This document shows, in pieces, positions 19,139 through 27,520 of a stretch of 30,497 nucleotides of DNA (the first letter of the stretch is position 1; each line of letters opens with the position of its first letter). Source of the DNA: Desulfuromonadales bacterium (lineage in GTDB: Bacteria; Desulfobacterota; Desulfuromonadia; Desulfuromonadales; SZUA-540). Location: NCBI GenBank assembly GCA_033549025.1, contig JAWSUS010000030.1, positions 1 to 30,497 on the forward strand. The letters are read 5' to 3'. The notes under the pieces were generated by a model. It made no database searches. It was not told the DNA's origin and saw nothing but the letters and a program-made list of their open reading frames with translations. A program made the translations under genes and the position numbers.

Positions 19139-19167
19139 TTGACAAGTTGCTGTTTATGCCCTATATG
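19139..19167 (+). promoter_or_regulatory. sigma70 promoter for the ParA-family gene
   Basis: TTGACA-N17-TATATG, followed by AGGAG and ATG 19188. Confidence 0.55.
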
Positions 19168-19187
19168 TAGGGCCTTAAAAACAGGAG

Positions 19188-20582
19188 ATGAGCCGATTGA
19201 CGAATCCACCCTACATTGTGACCGTATCCAGTGAAAAGGGAGGCGTGGGCAAAACCACCCTGGCCACCAATCTGGCGGTTTATCTCAAGGCCCTCAATGA
19301 GGATCTGCCCGTCACCCTTTTCAGTTTTGACAATCATTTTTCCGTCGATCAGATGTTTCGCATTGGCCGTACCCACGAGCTGGGGGAGGTGGCCGATCTC
19401 TTTACCGATCGCCCCCTGCGGGAAATTGTTGAACTTGGTGAGTATGGGGTCCAGTTTATCCCCTCCAGTCGTGATTTAAACCGACTGCGCAGTCGTTTGG
19501 ACCGGGTCGATATCCTTGGCCGCATTCTGGGCCGTTCCGGTCTGCAGGGGATTGTCATCATCGACACCCGCCCCGATCTCGACGTGTTTACCCAGAATGC
19601 CCTGTTTGCCTCGGATCGCGTCATCGTGCCGGTAAAGGATGCGCCTTCCCTGGAGAACTGCCGCAATCTCTATGCCTTTTTCGACCGTTTGCAGTTGCCG
19701 CGGCGGGCGATTCGGGTTCTCCCCTGTCTGCTCGATTCGCGGGTGCACTACAGCGGCACCTTCAAAGATTCCTATCAACTTCTCAAGGGGTACGCCATCA
19801 ATCGGGGCTACCGCTGTTTCGAAGGCTATATCGCCAAAAGTCCCAAGGTGGAATCGCTCAACACCAATCCGGAAGGTCGCGTCTATCCCATATTGACTCA
19901 TGGCCGCAACACCGATGTTCACCTGCAGTTTGCTCATCTCGCCCGACAGGTGTATCTGGGTACCCGGGAGAATGAGGAGCGTCGGCTGGCGGAGATCATG
20001 ACGGCCGCTCAGGATGAGTCCCTGCGCGACGAAGCGGCCTATCGGGAGCGTTGCTCGCGGGTTCAACCGACCTGCCTTGTGTGCGGAAAACCTCTGCTCA
20101 CAGGCGGTGTTGTAAGCGAGGCCGGCTACTTTGCCGAAACCTCCGACGGTCGGGTTCTCGGTTTCATGGATGACGACTGCTTCAACCAACTGGCTTTGAC
20201 CCACTTCCATGGAGTCGCGCCGACGGCGACCGCCGATGATACCCTGAAGGGGTTTTTTCGGGAGTCGGCGGCGCAGGCCTATTTCGTTCTTCACCGCAAG
20301 CCGGGAACGAGTGGCTTCTTCCGGCAGGAGCTGTCATTCTACCGTTTCGATCGGCAGGGGCTGGAAGTCTCCCACAAATCCATCACACTGGATTCTCTGC
20401 CGGAATCAGCCGATCTGCACCAGCTTCTCTCTAACACGATCGCTTCGGCGGATGGACGCCTCGGCGAAGAGTTTCTGCTGATCCGTAAAGTTCACAGCGA
20501 TACCCCGGAAGAAATCCTGACCAGCGGCGAATATGCCGCTTTGCAGGCCGCCACTGAAAAAATTCGCCGTCAACTTCCCTGA
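19188..20582 (+). CDS. ParA/MinD-family ATPase with ~200-aa C-terminal extension
   Basis: EKGGVGKTT deviant Walker A, IVIIDTRP Walker B, ASDRVIVPV; 464 aa. Confidence 0.85.
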   Translation: MSRLTNPPYIVTVSSEKGGVGKTTLATNLAVYLKALNEDLPVTLFSFDNHFSVDQMFRIGRTHELGEVADLFTDRPLREIVELGEYGVQFIPSSRDLNRLRSRLDRVDILGRILGRSGLQGIVIIDTRPDLDVFTQNALFASDRVIVPVKDAPSLENCRNLYAFFDRLQLPRRAIRVLPCLLDSRVHYSGTFKDSYQLLKGYAINRGYRCFEGYIAKSPKVESLNTNPEGRVYPILTHGRNTDVHLQFAHLARQVYLGTRENEERRLAEIMTAAQDESLRDEAAYRERCSRVQPTCLVCGKPLLTGGVVSEAGYFAETSDGRVLGFMDDDCFNQLALTHFHGVAPTATADDTLKGFFRESAAQAYFVLHRKPGTSGFFRQELSFYRFDRQGLEVSHKSITLDSLPESADLHQLLSNTIASADGRLGEEFLLIRKVHSDTPEEILTSGEYAALQAATEKIRRQLP

Positions 20583-20612
20583 CATCCCCTCCACTGAATG
20601 TCCGCAGTCGCC

Positions 20613-21776
20613 CTAAGGCCTGAGCAGTTGTGAAACGGGCACCACGGTGACGCCGGATTCCTGAAAAATCCTGACCGATTGACGCAAGGCTTCCAGCGTT
20701 TCCGGGTGCGGATGGCAGATGCCGACGGCGGTGTCCTGTCTGTGCGCCAGAGCGACCAGCTTGCGGATTTCGGCCAGAATGCGTGATGTGTCCTGCACAT
20801 TATCGAGAAAGACATCCCTTTCAATCGAAGGTATGCCCATCTTAACCGCTTCGGCATAAGCGACGGAGCGCGGCGTGGTGAGACTGTCCACAAAAAACAG
20901 GCTGTTCTTGTTCATTTGATCTAGAACGGTGCGCATGCCTTCGCGCTCTTCGGTAAACCGGGAGCCCATATGGTTGTTGCCGCCGGTGGCGTGGGGCACC
21001 CGCTGCAAATAGGTTGCGAACCGGCGCCTGATCTCGTCCTGATCGAGATTGACGAAAAGGGCCTGGGGCCCCGGATTTTTTTCGGGATATCCCTGGGGTT
21101 CCATGGGAATGTGAATAAGTATTTCGCGTCCCTGCTGATACAACAACTGGTCGACCTCAACAGCTTTGTGGCTGAAGGGGAGAATGGCCACGTTGAGAGG
21201 TAGGTCGATATCGAGGATTTTTCGTGCCGTGGCCAGGTCGCGGCCAACATCGTCGATGATAATGGCGACGCGGGGCCCCGCTGGGGCGTCCGGGAGAGCC
21301 GGTGGCTCCGGTGGGTACTCGATCGCGAAGAGAAGTCGTCCAGCCCACAGGATGACAATCGTTCTTTGGCCCGGATGATTCTGCACCTCGATATTGCCGG
21401 AGAGTCGCTTGAGCCGTTTTTGCAGCGTATCGAGTGCCGCCGTTTCGGGATAGGCTCCCTCTACCGTCAACGTGGCGCCTGGCGCCAGATCTTTTAGCGC
21501 CTGCGTTGGCAATTTGGCACCAGCGCGAAGCAAGGCGCTCTCGACTTCGATCCGGATGTCCTCCACCAGAACTTCGGTCAGGACAGAAGGGGCTTTGGTC
21601 ACAGTGGGAGGTAGGGTTTTCTTCTCCAGAATCCGCGGCAGGAGGGTGAGAACCAGCAACAGGCAGACTACGGCCGCAAAAGCCGTCAGGGCCAGCCACG
21701 GCCAGTTGTTCTGCTGGCGTTTCTTTTGGCGTTTTGTTTTTTTTGAGGGCGTTTTTTTCTGTTTGGCCATAGACAT
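20613..21776 (-). CDS. Divergent polysaccharide deacetylase family protein (YibQ-like), N-terminally membrane anchored
   Basis: AIIIDDVG, HIPMEP, NNHMGS, FVDSLT, RDVFLD, ICHP; Lys-rich N-terminus plus TM; start 21776 or 21770. Confidence 0.9.
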   Translation of the reverse strand: MSMAKQKKTPSKKTKRQKKRQQNNWPWLALTAFAAVVCLLLVLTLLPRILEKKTLPPTVTKAPSVLTEVLVEDIRIEVESALLRAGAKLPTQALKDLAPGATLTVEGAYPETAALDTLQKRLKRLSGNIEVQNHPGQRTIVILWAGRLLFAIEYPPEPPALPDAPAGPRVAIIIDDVGRDLATARKILDIDLPLNVAILPFSHKAVEVDQLLYQQGREILIHIPMEPQGYPEKNPGPQALFVNLDQDEIRRRFATYLQRVPHATGGNNHMGSRFTEEREGMRTVLDQMNKNSLFFVDSLTTPRSVAYAEAVKMGIPSIERDVFLDNVQDTSRILAEIRKLVALAHRQDTAVGICHPHPETLEALRQSVRIFQESGVTVVPVSQLLRP

Positions 21777-21780
21777 AATG

Positions 21781-21806
21781 AAAAAGGGGGATGGCAACAT
21801 CCCCCT
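21781..21806 (-). terminator. Intrinsic terminator after ctpA
   Basis: Minus strand AGGGGGATG-TTGC-CATCCCCCT followed by TTTT. Confidence 0.75.
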
Positions 21807-21828
21807 CTGGTTCAATGGTTGATGTGGA

Positions 21829-23148
21829 TCAGGCTGCCGGTTGGTGTAGTGTGCTGAAGACCTGCCAGCCACGCAGGAGGTCTAAAGCCCGCATGAGCTG
21901 GTAGTCTTTCGTGTCATCGGCGCTCAACGGGAACTTTTGTGTCCTGGACCCCTTTTTGCTGGCGGGTGTGGAATCGGTCGTCTCGAAATGATTTTTCAGA
22001 TCCTTCTCGCTGAAGGCGTGAGAGGGCTGGACTTCTTTGACCTCCATTTCAGGCACCACAATATCCGGGGTGATGCCCAGGGCCTGAATGGATCGACCGC
22101 TGGGCGTGTAGTAATAGGCTGTGGTCAGCCGCAGACCCGAATCGTCGCTCAAGGGAATGATTGTCTGTACGGAGCCCTTGCCGAAGCTCTGGGTTCCCAT
22201 GATGACGGCGCGGCCATGGTCCTGCAGGGCGCCGGCGACAATTTCCGAGGCGCTCGCACTGCCGTTATTGATGAGCACGACCGTCGGCGTATAGGGGATG
22301 GTGTTGTCGGCGTGGGCCTCGAATTTCATCTGGCTGTCGTTTTCGCGCCCCCCCGTGTAAACAATAAGACCGGATGACAGGAAGAGGTCAGAGACATTGA
22401 CGGCCTGGTCGAGCAGTCCTCCCGGATTGTTGCGAAGGTCGATCACCAGCCCGTTAAGAGTGCCGCCGTTCTCCGCCATGAGATTCTCAAGGGCTTTGGT
22501 CAGGTCGGAATCTGTACGTTCCTGGAACTGGGAAATGCGCACATAGGCATAGCCGTCGACCAGAGTTCGCGACTTCACGCTTTTGGTCTTGATGATTTCC
22601 CGCTCCAGGGTGAACGCTTTCGGGTTCTCAAATCCCTCGCGCATGATGGTAATGGTGATTTTGCTGCCCTTGGGGCCCCGCATCAGCTTGACCGCCTCCA
22701 TGATGCTCAGGTCCTTGGTGAAGCGGTCCTCGATTTTGACGATCTGATCACCCGCCATCAAGCCGGCCCGGTGCGCGGGGGTGTCTTCAATCGGGGCCAC
22801 GATGGTCAGCACACTGTCCCTGATCGCGATTTCAATGCCCAGGCCGCCAAATTCGCCCCGGGTATCGATCTTCATCTCCTTGTACATGTCCGGCGGCATG
22901 AAGGCGGAATGGGGGTCGAGAGAATTGAGCATGCCGTTGATGGCCCCGTAGATCAGTTCCTTGGTATCCGGTTCTTCCACGTAATTTTTGCGGATGATGG
23001 ACAGCACATCCGTGAAAAGTTCCATGTTTTCATACTGCGCCCGAACTTCGGACTGGCTGGTGGGGGTCGACGCCCCGGTTGAAATCCATCCCAGCAGAAC
23101 AAGGGCCATGACGAGGATGAGGATCGTTGACCGCCTGGCTTTGTGCAT
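21829..23148 (-). CDS. ctpA: Carboxy-terminal processing protease (S41 family)
   Basis: Signal peptide, LDPHS, GLGI PDZ loop, DLRNNPGG, SASASEI, FGKGSVQ. Confidence 0.93.
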   Translation of the reverse strand: MHKARRSTILILVMALVLLGWISTGASTPTSQSEVRAQYENMELFTDVLSIIRKNYVEEPDTKELIYGAINGMLNSLDPHSAFMPPDMYKEMKIDTRGEFGGLGIEIAIRDSVLTIVAPIEDTPAHRAGLMAGDQIVKIEDRFTKDLSIMEAVKLMRGPKGSKITITIMREGFENPKAFTLEREIIKTKSVKSRTLVDGYAYVRISQFQERTDSDLTKALENLMAENGGTLNGLVIDLRNNPGGLLDQAVNVSDLFLSSGLIVYTGGRENDSQMKFEAHADNTIPYTPTVVLINNGSASASEIVAGALQDHGRAVIMGTQSFGKGSVQTIIPLSDDSGLRLTTAYYYTPSGRSIQALGITPDIVVPEMEVKEVQPSHAFSEKDLKNHFETTDSTPASKKGSRTQKFPLSADDTKDYQLMRALDLLRGWQVFSTLHQPAA

Positions 23149-23172
23149 CGGTTTTCCTCCATCTGTGGTTGG

Positions 23173-24348
23173 CTAACGCCGAACGAGCCACTTTGTCGGG
23201 TCGAGGGGGGTGCGTCCCTCACGGACCTCGAAATAGAGATTTTCATTCCCCTCATAGCCCGAGAAGGCGATCTGTTCTCCCGCTGCGACTGTGTCTCCCA
23301 CCTTTTTCAGCAGCCGGGAGGTTTGGGCATAAAGGGTATAGAAGCTGTCGCCATGGTCCAGAATGAGCAGATTGCCATATCCCTTGAACCAGCTGGCGAA
23401 GATGACCTTTCCGGCTGCGACGGCTGCAACCGGCTGATCCACCCCCACACGGATTTCCAGGCCATGACTGTCGTATTCGGTGCCGAGCTCGGGATGGCGG
23501 CCCACACCGAAGCCGGTACTGATTTTCCCTGCAGCCGGCCAGGGCAAGTGCCCCTTCTGGGCGGCGAAAAGGCCTGATTTCTGACTATACCCGCGCGGCT
23601 TTTCCGATTCAAGTTTTTTGACAAGATCGCTCAAACGCTGGGCTTTTTCTTTTAATTCAGCCAGTTCCAAGGCAAGGGATTCTCGATCACTGCGTGCCTG
23701 GCCCAGCAACCGGCTTTTGAGCTTGCGGGCCTGGGCGATGTTGGCTTCTTCGCCGCGCAAGGCGGTTAAGGCCTCTTTCTGCTCCTTCTGCAAGTTTTCC
23801 AGCTGGATTCTGGCCTGCTCCAGGTTAGCCAGGTTGCTACGGTAGTCATGAAGAAGCTGCCGATCCTTTTGCACGATGCGACCGAGAAAATCATATTCTT
23901 CGGCGATCTTCGCCGGAGGAATGCCGGCAAAAAGAACACGGATGAAGTTGGCGTCGGCGCCTTTGTACAGGGCGACCAGGCGCTTTTCAACCTGCCCTTC
24001 AAGGCGGTCGATGGAGACTTTCGTCCGCTGGATGTCTTCTTCCTTTTCGGCCACTTCCTTTTTTAGCTGCTCCAGCCGTTTGCTCAGACCTGCCTTGCGT
24101 CGATCAATTTTACGCAGTTCTTTTTCGACCGTCTCCAGGTCCCGGCGCAAAGAGGCTTCATCCGACTTTTTCCGATCCAGGTCCTTGGCCGTCTGCTGAA
24201 TGCGCTGCTGGATGGCTTCGAGTGTCTGTCGGCTCTTTTCCAACTCTTCGCGCGGTGAGGCCAAGACGGTCGTCGCCAGAAACAGGCTGCCGACACAGCA
24301 CAGAACCCTGAACAGGTGAAGCCATCTTGAAGAAGGGACATTAGTCAT
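23173..24348 (-). CDS. envC: Murein hydrolase activator EnvC family (coiled coil plus degenerate M23 domain)
   Basis: Signal peptide, long coiled coil, LPWP, GYGNLLILDHG, LYFEVR where active M23 enzymes have HxH; follows ftsX. Confidence 0.85.
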   Translation of the reverse strand: MTNVPSSRWLHLFRVLCCVGSLFLATTVLASPREELEKSRQTLEAIQQRIQQTAKDLDRKKSDEASLRRDLETVEKELRKIDRRKAGLSKRLEQLKKEVAEKEEDIQRTKVSIDRLEGQVEKRLVALYKGADANFIRVLFAGIPPAKIAEEYDFLGRIVQKDRQLLHDYRSNLANLEQARIQLENLQKEQKEALTALRGEEANIAQARKLKSRLLGQARSDRESLALELAELKEKAQRLSDLVKKLESEKPRGYSQKSGLFAAQKGHLPWPAAGKISTGFGVGRHPELGTEYDSHGLEIRVGVDQPVAAVAAGKVIFASWFKGYGNLLILDHGDSFYTLYAQTSRLLKKVGDTVAAGEQIAFSGYEGNENLYFEVREGRTPLDPTKWLVRR

Positions 24349-25244
24349 CAGATCCGGACGAGCTTTCGCAGCGAGAGCAGGCTCCCGAGAAAACCCAGGG
24401 TAATGCCGGCCAGAATTACGGCAAGGCCGTAGTGGGAAGGGAGAAAGGTAATGGTGTTGACGCCGGTGGTCAAAAGCAGGGAGGATAATCCCTCTTTGAG
24501 AAAAACAAGGTAGAGCATGTATGAACCGGCCAGGGCGAGGCAGCCGCCGATGGCGCCCTGAAAGGCCCCCTCCAGCAAAAAGGGCGTCTTGATGAAGAGG
24601 GGAGTGCCTCCCACCAGGGCCATCACCTCCAGTTCGTCACGGCGGGCGAAGAGGGTGAGGCGGATGGTGTTGGAGACGATAAAGAGGGCGGCAAAAAGGA
24701 GAAAGCCACCGAGAAAAGCTCCGGCCATCTTGAGCAAGGCGACGAAGGCTTCAAATTTTTCCAGCCACTCCTGGCCGTAGCGCAGGTCGGAAAAGCGGCT
24801 GTCCTGGCGCAGGTGCGAAATGACTTTGCCGATGCCGAGGCGATTTCGCTGATCTTCCTTCAGGCCGATTTCCAGCGAGGCCGGCAGGATGTCGGTCTCC
24901 AGTCCGTCCAACAGGCCGGCGTCCTGCCCCAGGCGGGTCTTGAAACGAGTGTAGGCTTCGGCGGAAGAGACATAGGTGACAACAGCGACCTCGGGCAGAT
25001 TGCCGATCTCGGTCATCCAGGCCTTGAGCTGGCTCTGGTCGGGGGCCTGGTCCATGTAGGCCACAATCTGGACCTCTTTGCTCCAGTGGGAGGTCAGTTT
25101 CTGCACATTGAGCACCACGATGGCAAAAAAGGCCAGAATGGTCAGGGAGACGGCGACCGTGGCGATGGCGGCGGTAGACAAAAAAGGGCTTTGGCGCATG
25201 TTGCGCAGGGCCCGGATGGGAAAATAGAAAAGACGTTCAAACAA
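24348..25244 (-). CDS. ftsX: Cell division permease-like protein FtsX
   Basis: Four TM segments, LPASLEI, VSNTIRLTLFARRDELEVMALVG, PFLLEG; TTG start. Confidence 0.95.
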   Translation of the reverse strand: MFERLFYFPIRALRNMRQSPFLSTAAIATVAVSLTILAFFAIVVLNVQKLTSHWSKEVQIVAYMDQAPDQSQLKAWMTEIGNLPEVAVVTYVSSAEAYTRFKTRLGQDAGLLDGLETDILPASLEIGLKEDQRNRLGIGKVISHLRQDSRFSDLRYGQEWLEKFEAFVALLKMAGAFLGGFLLFAALFIVSNTIRLTLFARRDELEVMALVGGTPLFIKTPFLLEGAFQGAIGGCLALAGSYMLYLVFLKEGLSSLLLTTGVNTITFLPSHYGLAVILAGITLGFLGSLLSLRKLVRI

Positions 25245-25307
25245 GGTACAACTCCCTGTGGTGTTTCCTGGTGGCCGGCAAAGCTGGTGAACATCGCCGG
25301 CCCCTCA

Positions 25308-25973
25308 TCAAGGCTGGCGGTCCTCGACCACCCGTCCTTTGTCCAAAGAAATAACGCGGCGGGGGAACTGCCGGATCATCTCGCGGTCGTGTGTGGCAAT
25401 CAAGACAGTGGAGCCGCGGGCGTTGGCCCCCTTGAAAAGCGTCATGATGTCCCGCGTGACTTCGGCATCGAGATTGCCTGTGGGCTCGTCAGCGATGAGA
25501 ATGAGAGGATCGATGACCAGGGCGCGGGCAATGGCCACCCGCTGCTGTTCACCGCCGGAGAGTTCGAGCGGGCGCCGCTGGAGTTTGTGTTCAAGGCCCA
25601 CATGCTGCAGGGCCTGATAGACCTTTTTGCCGACTTCAAAACGTTTCTTCCCCTGAACTTCCAGGGGAAAAGCCACGTTTTCAAAGATAGTGCGGGTGTT
25701 GAGAAGTTTGAAATCCTGAAAAACGATGCCGATACGCCGGCGCATGTAGGGGATCTTGGCCGCCCCCATGCGGGTGAAGTTCTGACCGTTCATCAGTATC
25801 TGCCCCCGAGACGGTTTTTCCGCCCCATAAAGGAGCTTGAGAAGGGTGGACTTGCCGGCCCCGGAGGGCCCGGTGATATAGACAAATTCGCCTTTGCCCA
25901 CTTTGAAGTTGACGTCTTCGAGGGCGGCGGCATCTTTCTGGTAGGATTTGCTGATATTGAAAAGCTGAAGCAT
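25308..25973 (-). CDS. ftsE: Cell division ATP-binding protein FtsE
   Basis: GPSGAGKST, GIVFQDFKLL, LSGGEQQR, ADEPTGNLD; likely start 25973. Confidence 0.96.
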   Translation of the reverse strand: MLQLFNISKSYQKDAAALEDVNFKVGKGEFVYITGPSGAGKSTLLKLLYGAEKPSRGQILMNGQNFTRMGAAKIPYMRRRIGIVFQDFKLLNTRTIFENVAFPLEVQGKKRFEVGKKVYQALQHVGLEHKLQRRPLELSGGEQQRVAIARALVIDPLILIADEPTGNLDAEVTRDIMTLFKGANARGSTVLIATHDREMIRQFPRRVISLDKGRVVEDRQP

Positions 25974-26218
25974 GGCAGGTAGATACCCTGTTGTTGAATC
26001 GGCTGAAAAGAAGGCTTGGTTTCGATCGTCAAACGCGGTGCAAGGGGTTCTAGGGATACCATATCCGGCCGCGAATTTGAATGAAAATTCACGAAAGCCC
26101 CGCAGGTGTGAAGCGGACCCGTGCGGAACAACCTTCATCATGGCCTATCGGGTAATCCTGTGATACAAGGGGGAGCGCGTCAAGATGACAGCAATTCAGG
26201 AAAAAGAGGAGTGGAGCC

Positions 26219-27508
26219 GTGAAGTTTAAACGAGGTCTCGATGAGAGGATGCCCGCTGGCGAGCTCATCTTGTATGGGCTGCAGTGGCTGGCTATTTCGT
26301 TGCCGGGGGTGGTCATCGTGGGCGGGATTGTCGGGCAACTGCAGTTTCCGGAGCCGACCGGTCAGATCATTTATCTGCAGAAGCTGTTCTTTGTCACGGC
26401 TGTCACGCTCATCATCCAGCTTCTGTTCGGTCACCGGCTTCCGCTGGTCCTTGGCCCGGCAGCGGTGCTCCTTGTCGGCGTGGTCGCCAGCCAGGGACAC
26501 GACCTGTCGACCATCTACAGTTCTGTCATGATTGGCGGCACCGTGCTGGCCCTGCTCAGTTTTTTTGGCCTCTTTCCTGTGCTGCAGCGGCTCTTTACGC
26601 TGCGGGTGGTGGCTCTTGTTCTGCTGCTTATCGCCTTCACTCTGGCCGCGCCTATCATGAACCTGCTTACCGGCAGCCGGTCGGGTGGCTCTCCCCTGTC
26701 CAGTCTCGTTTTCGCCATGGCCTTGCTTCTGGGCATGTTTCTTTTGCACCGCTGGCTGCGCGGTCCGAAAAAAGCCGTGCTGATCGTGATCGCCATGGCC
26801 GTTGGGAGTCTGGCTTTTTACGCTCTTTTCCCCGACCTTTCCCCGGACGCTCAGGTCGCCTTGCCCTGGATAGGACATTTCGGCGTGAATATCACCACAT
26901 CTTTGCATCTGGATCCGGGGGTGCTGGTCTCTTTTCTCTGCTGCTATCTGGCCCTTGCCATCAATGATCTGGGATCCATCCAATCCATCGGAGAAGTGGT
27001 CAGGGCACAAGGCATGGAGGGGAGGGTGCGCCGGGGGATTACGGTGACGGGCCTGGCCAACCTGTTGTCCGGCTGGCTTGGAGTAATTGGTCCCGTGAAC
27101 TTCTCTCTCAGCCCCGGCGTGGTGATGGCAACGGGCTGTGCCTCGCGATATGCGCTGCTGCCGACGGGGCTGGTGCTGTTGGTGCTGGCTTTTTCGCCGG
27201 CGGCTCTGGTCTGGCTGGCGGCCATACCGGCTGTGGTGATGGGGTCTGTTTTGCTCTATATCCTGTGTGCTCAGGTGGCGGCAGGCATGTTGCTGGCTTT
27301 TGAGGCTCCGGGCGGTTTCATTTTTGAGGATGGCCTGATTCTCGGCCTCCCCCTGCTGCTGGGAACCATCATCTCTTTTCTGCCGGAAGCGGCCCTGCTT
27401 TCCATGCCTTCGGTGCTGCGGCCAATCCTTGGCAATGGCTTTGTGGTCGGAGTGACCGCCGTCATGCTGCTTGAGCACGTTATCCTGCCGGAAACCGCGC
27501 GTCGTTAG
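26219..27508 (+). CDS. NCS2/NAT family (uracil-xanthine-type) permease, divergent
   Basis: About 13-14 hydrophobic segments; GHRLPLVLGP and ...GVVMATGCASR; GTG start with GAGGAG. Confidence 0.85.
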   Translation: MKFKRGLDERMPAGELILYGLQWLAISLPGVVIVGGIVGQLQFPEPTGQIIYLQKLFFVTAVTLIIQLLFGHRLPLVLGPAAVLLVGVVASQGHDLSTIYSSVMIGGTVLALLSFFGLFPVLQRLFTLRVVALVLLLIAFTLAAPIMNLLTGSRSGGSPLSSLVFAMALLLGMFLLHRWLRGPKKAVLIVIAMAVGSLAFYALFPDLSPDAQVALPWIGHFGVNITTSLHLDPGVLVSFLCCYLALAINDLGSIQSIGEVVRAQGMEGRVRRGITVTGLANLLSGWLGVIGPVNFSLSPGVVMATGCASRYALLPTGLVLLVLAFSPAALVWLAAIPAVVMGSVLLYILCAQVAAGMLLAFEAPGGFIFEDGLILGLPLLLGTIISFLPEAALLSMPSVLRPILGNGFVVGVTAVMLLEHVILPETARR

Positions 27509-27520
27509 GTGGGGCGAAAG

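Noticed and set aside
25274..25302. GGCCGGC...GCCGGCC stem, similar to one after xseA, as a REP family
   Set aside because: Only a 7-bp GC stem is shared and the loops are unrelated.
25974..26218. Purine or guanidine riboswitch upstream of the NCS2 permease
   Set aside because: No conserved aptamer core recognisable by eye; an Rfam scan would be needed to exclude it fully.
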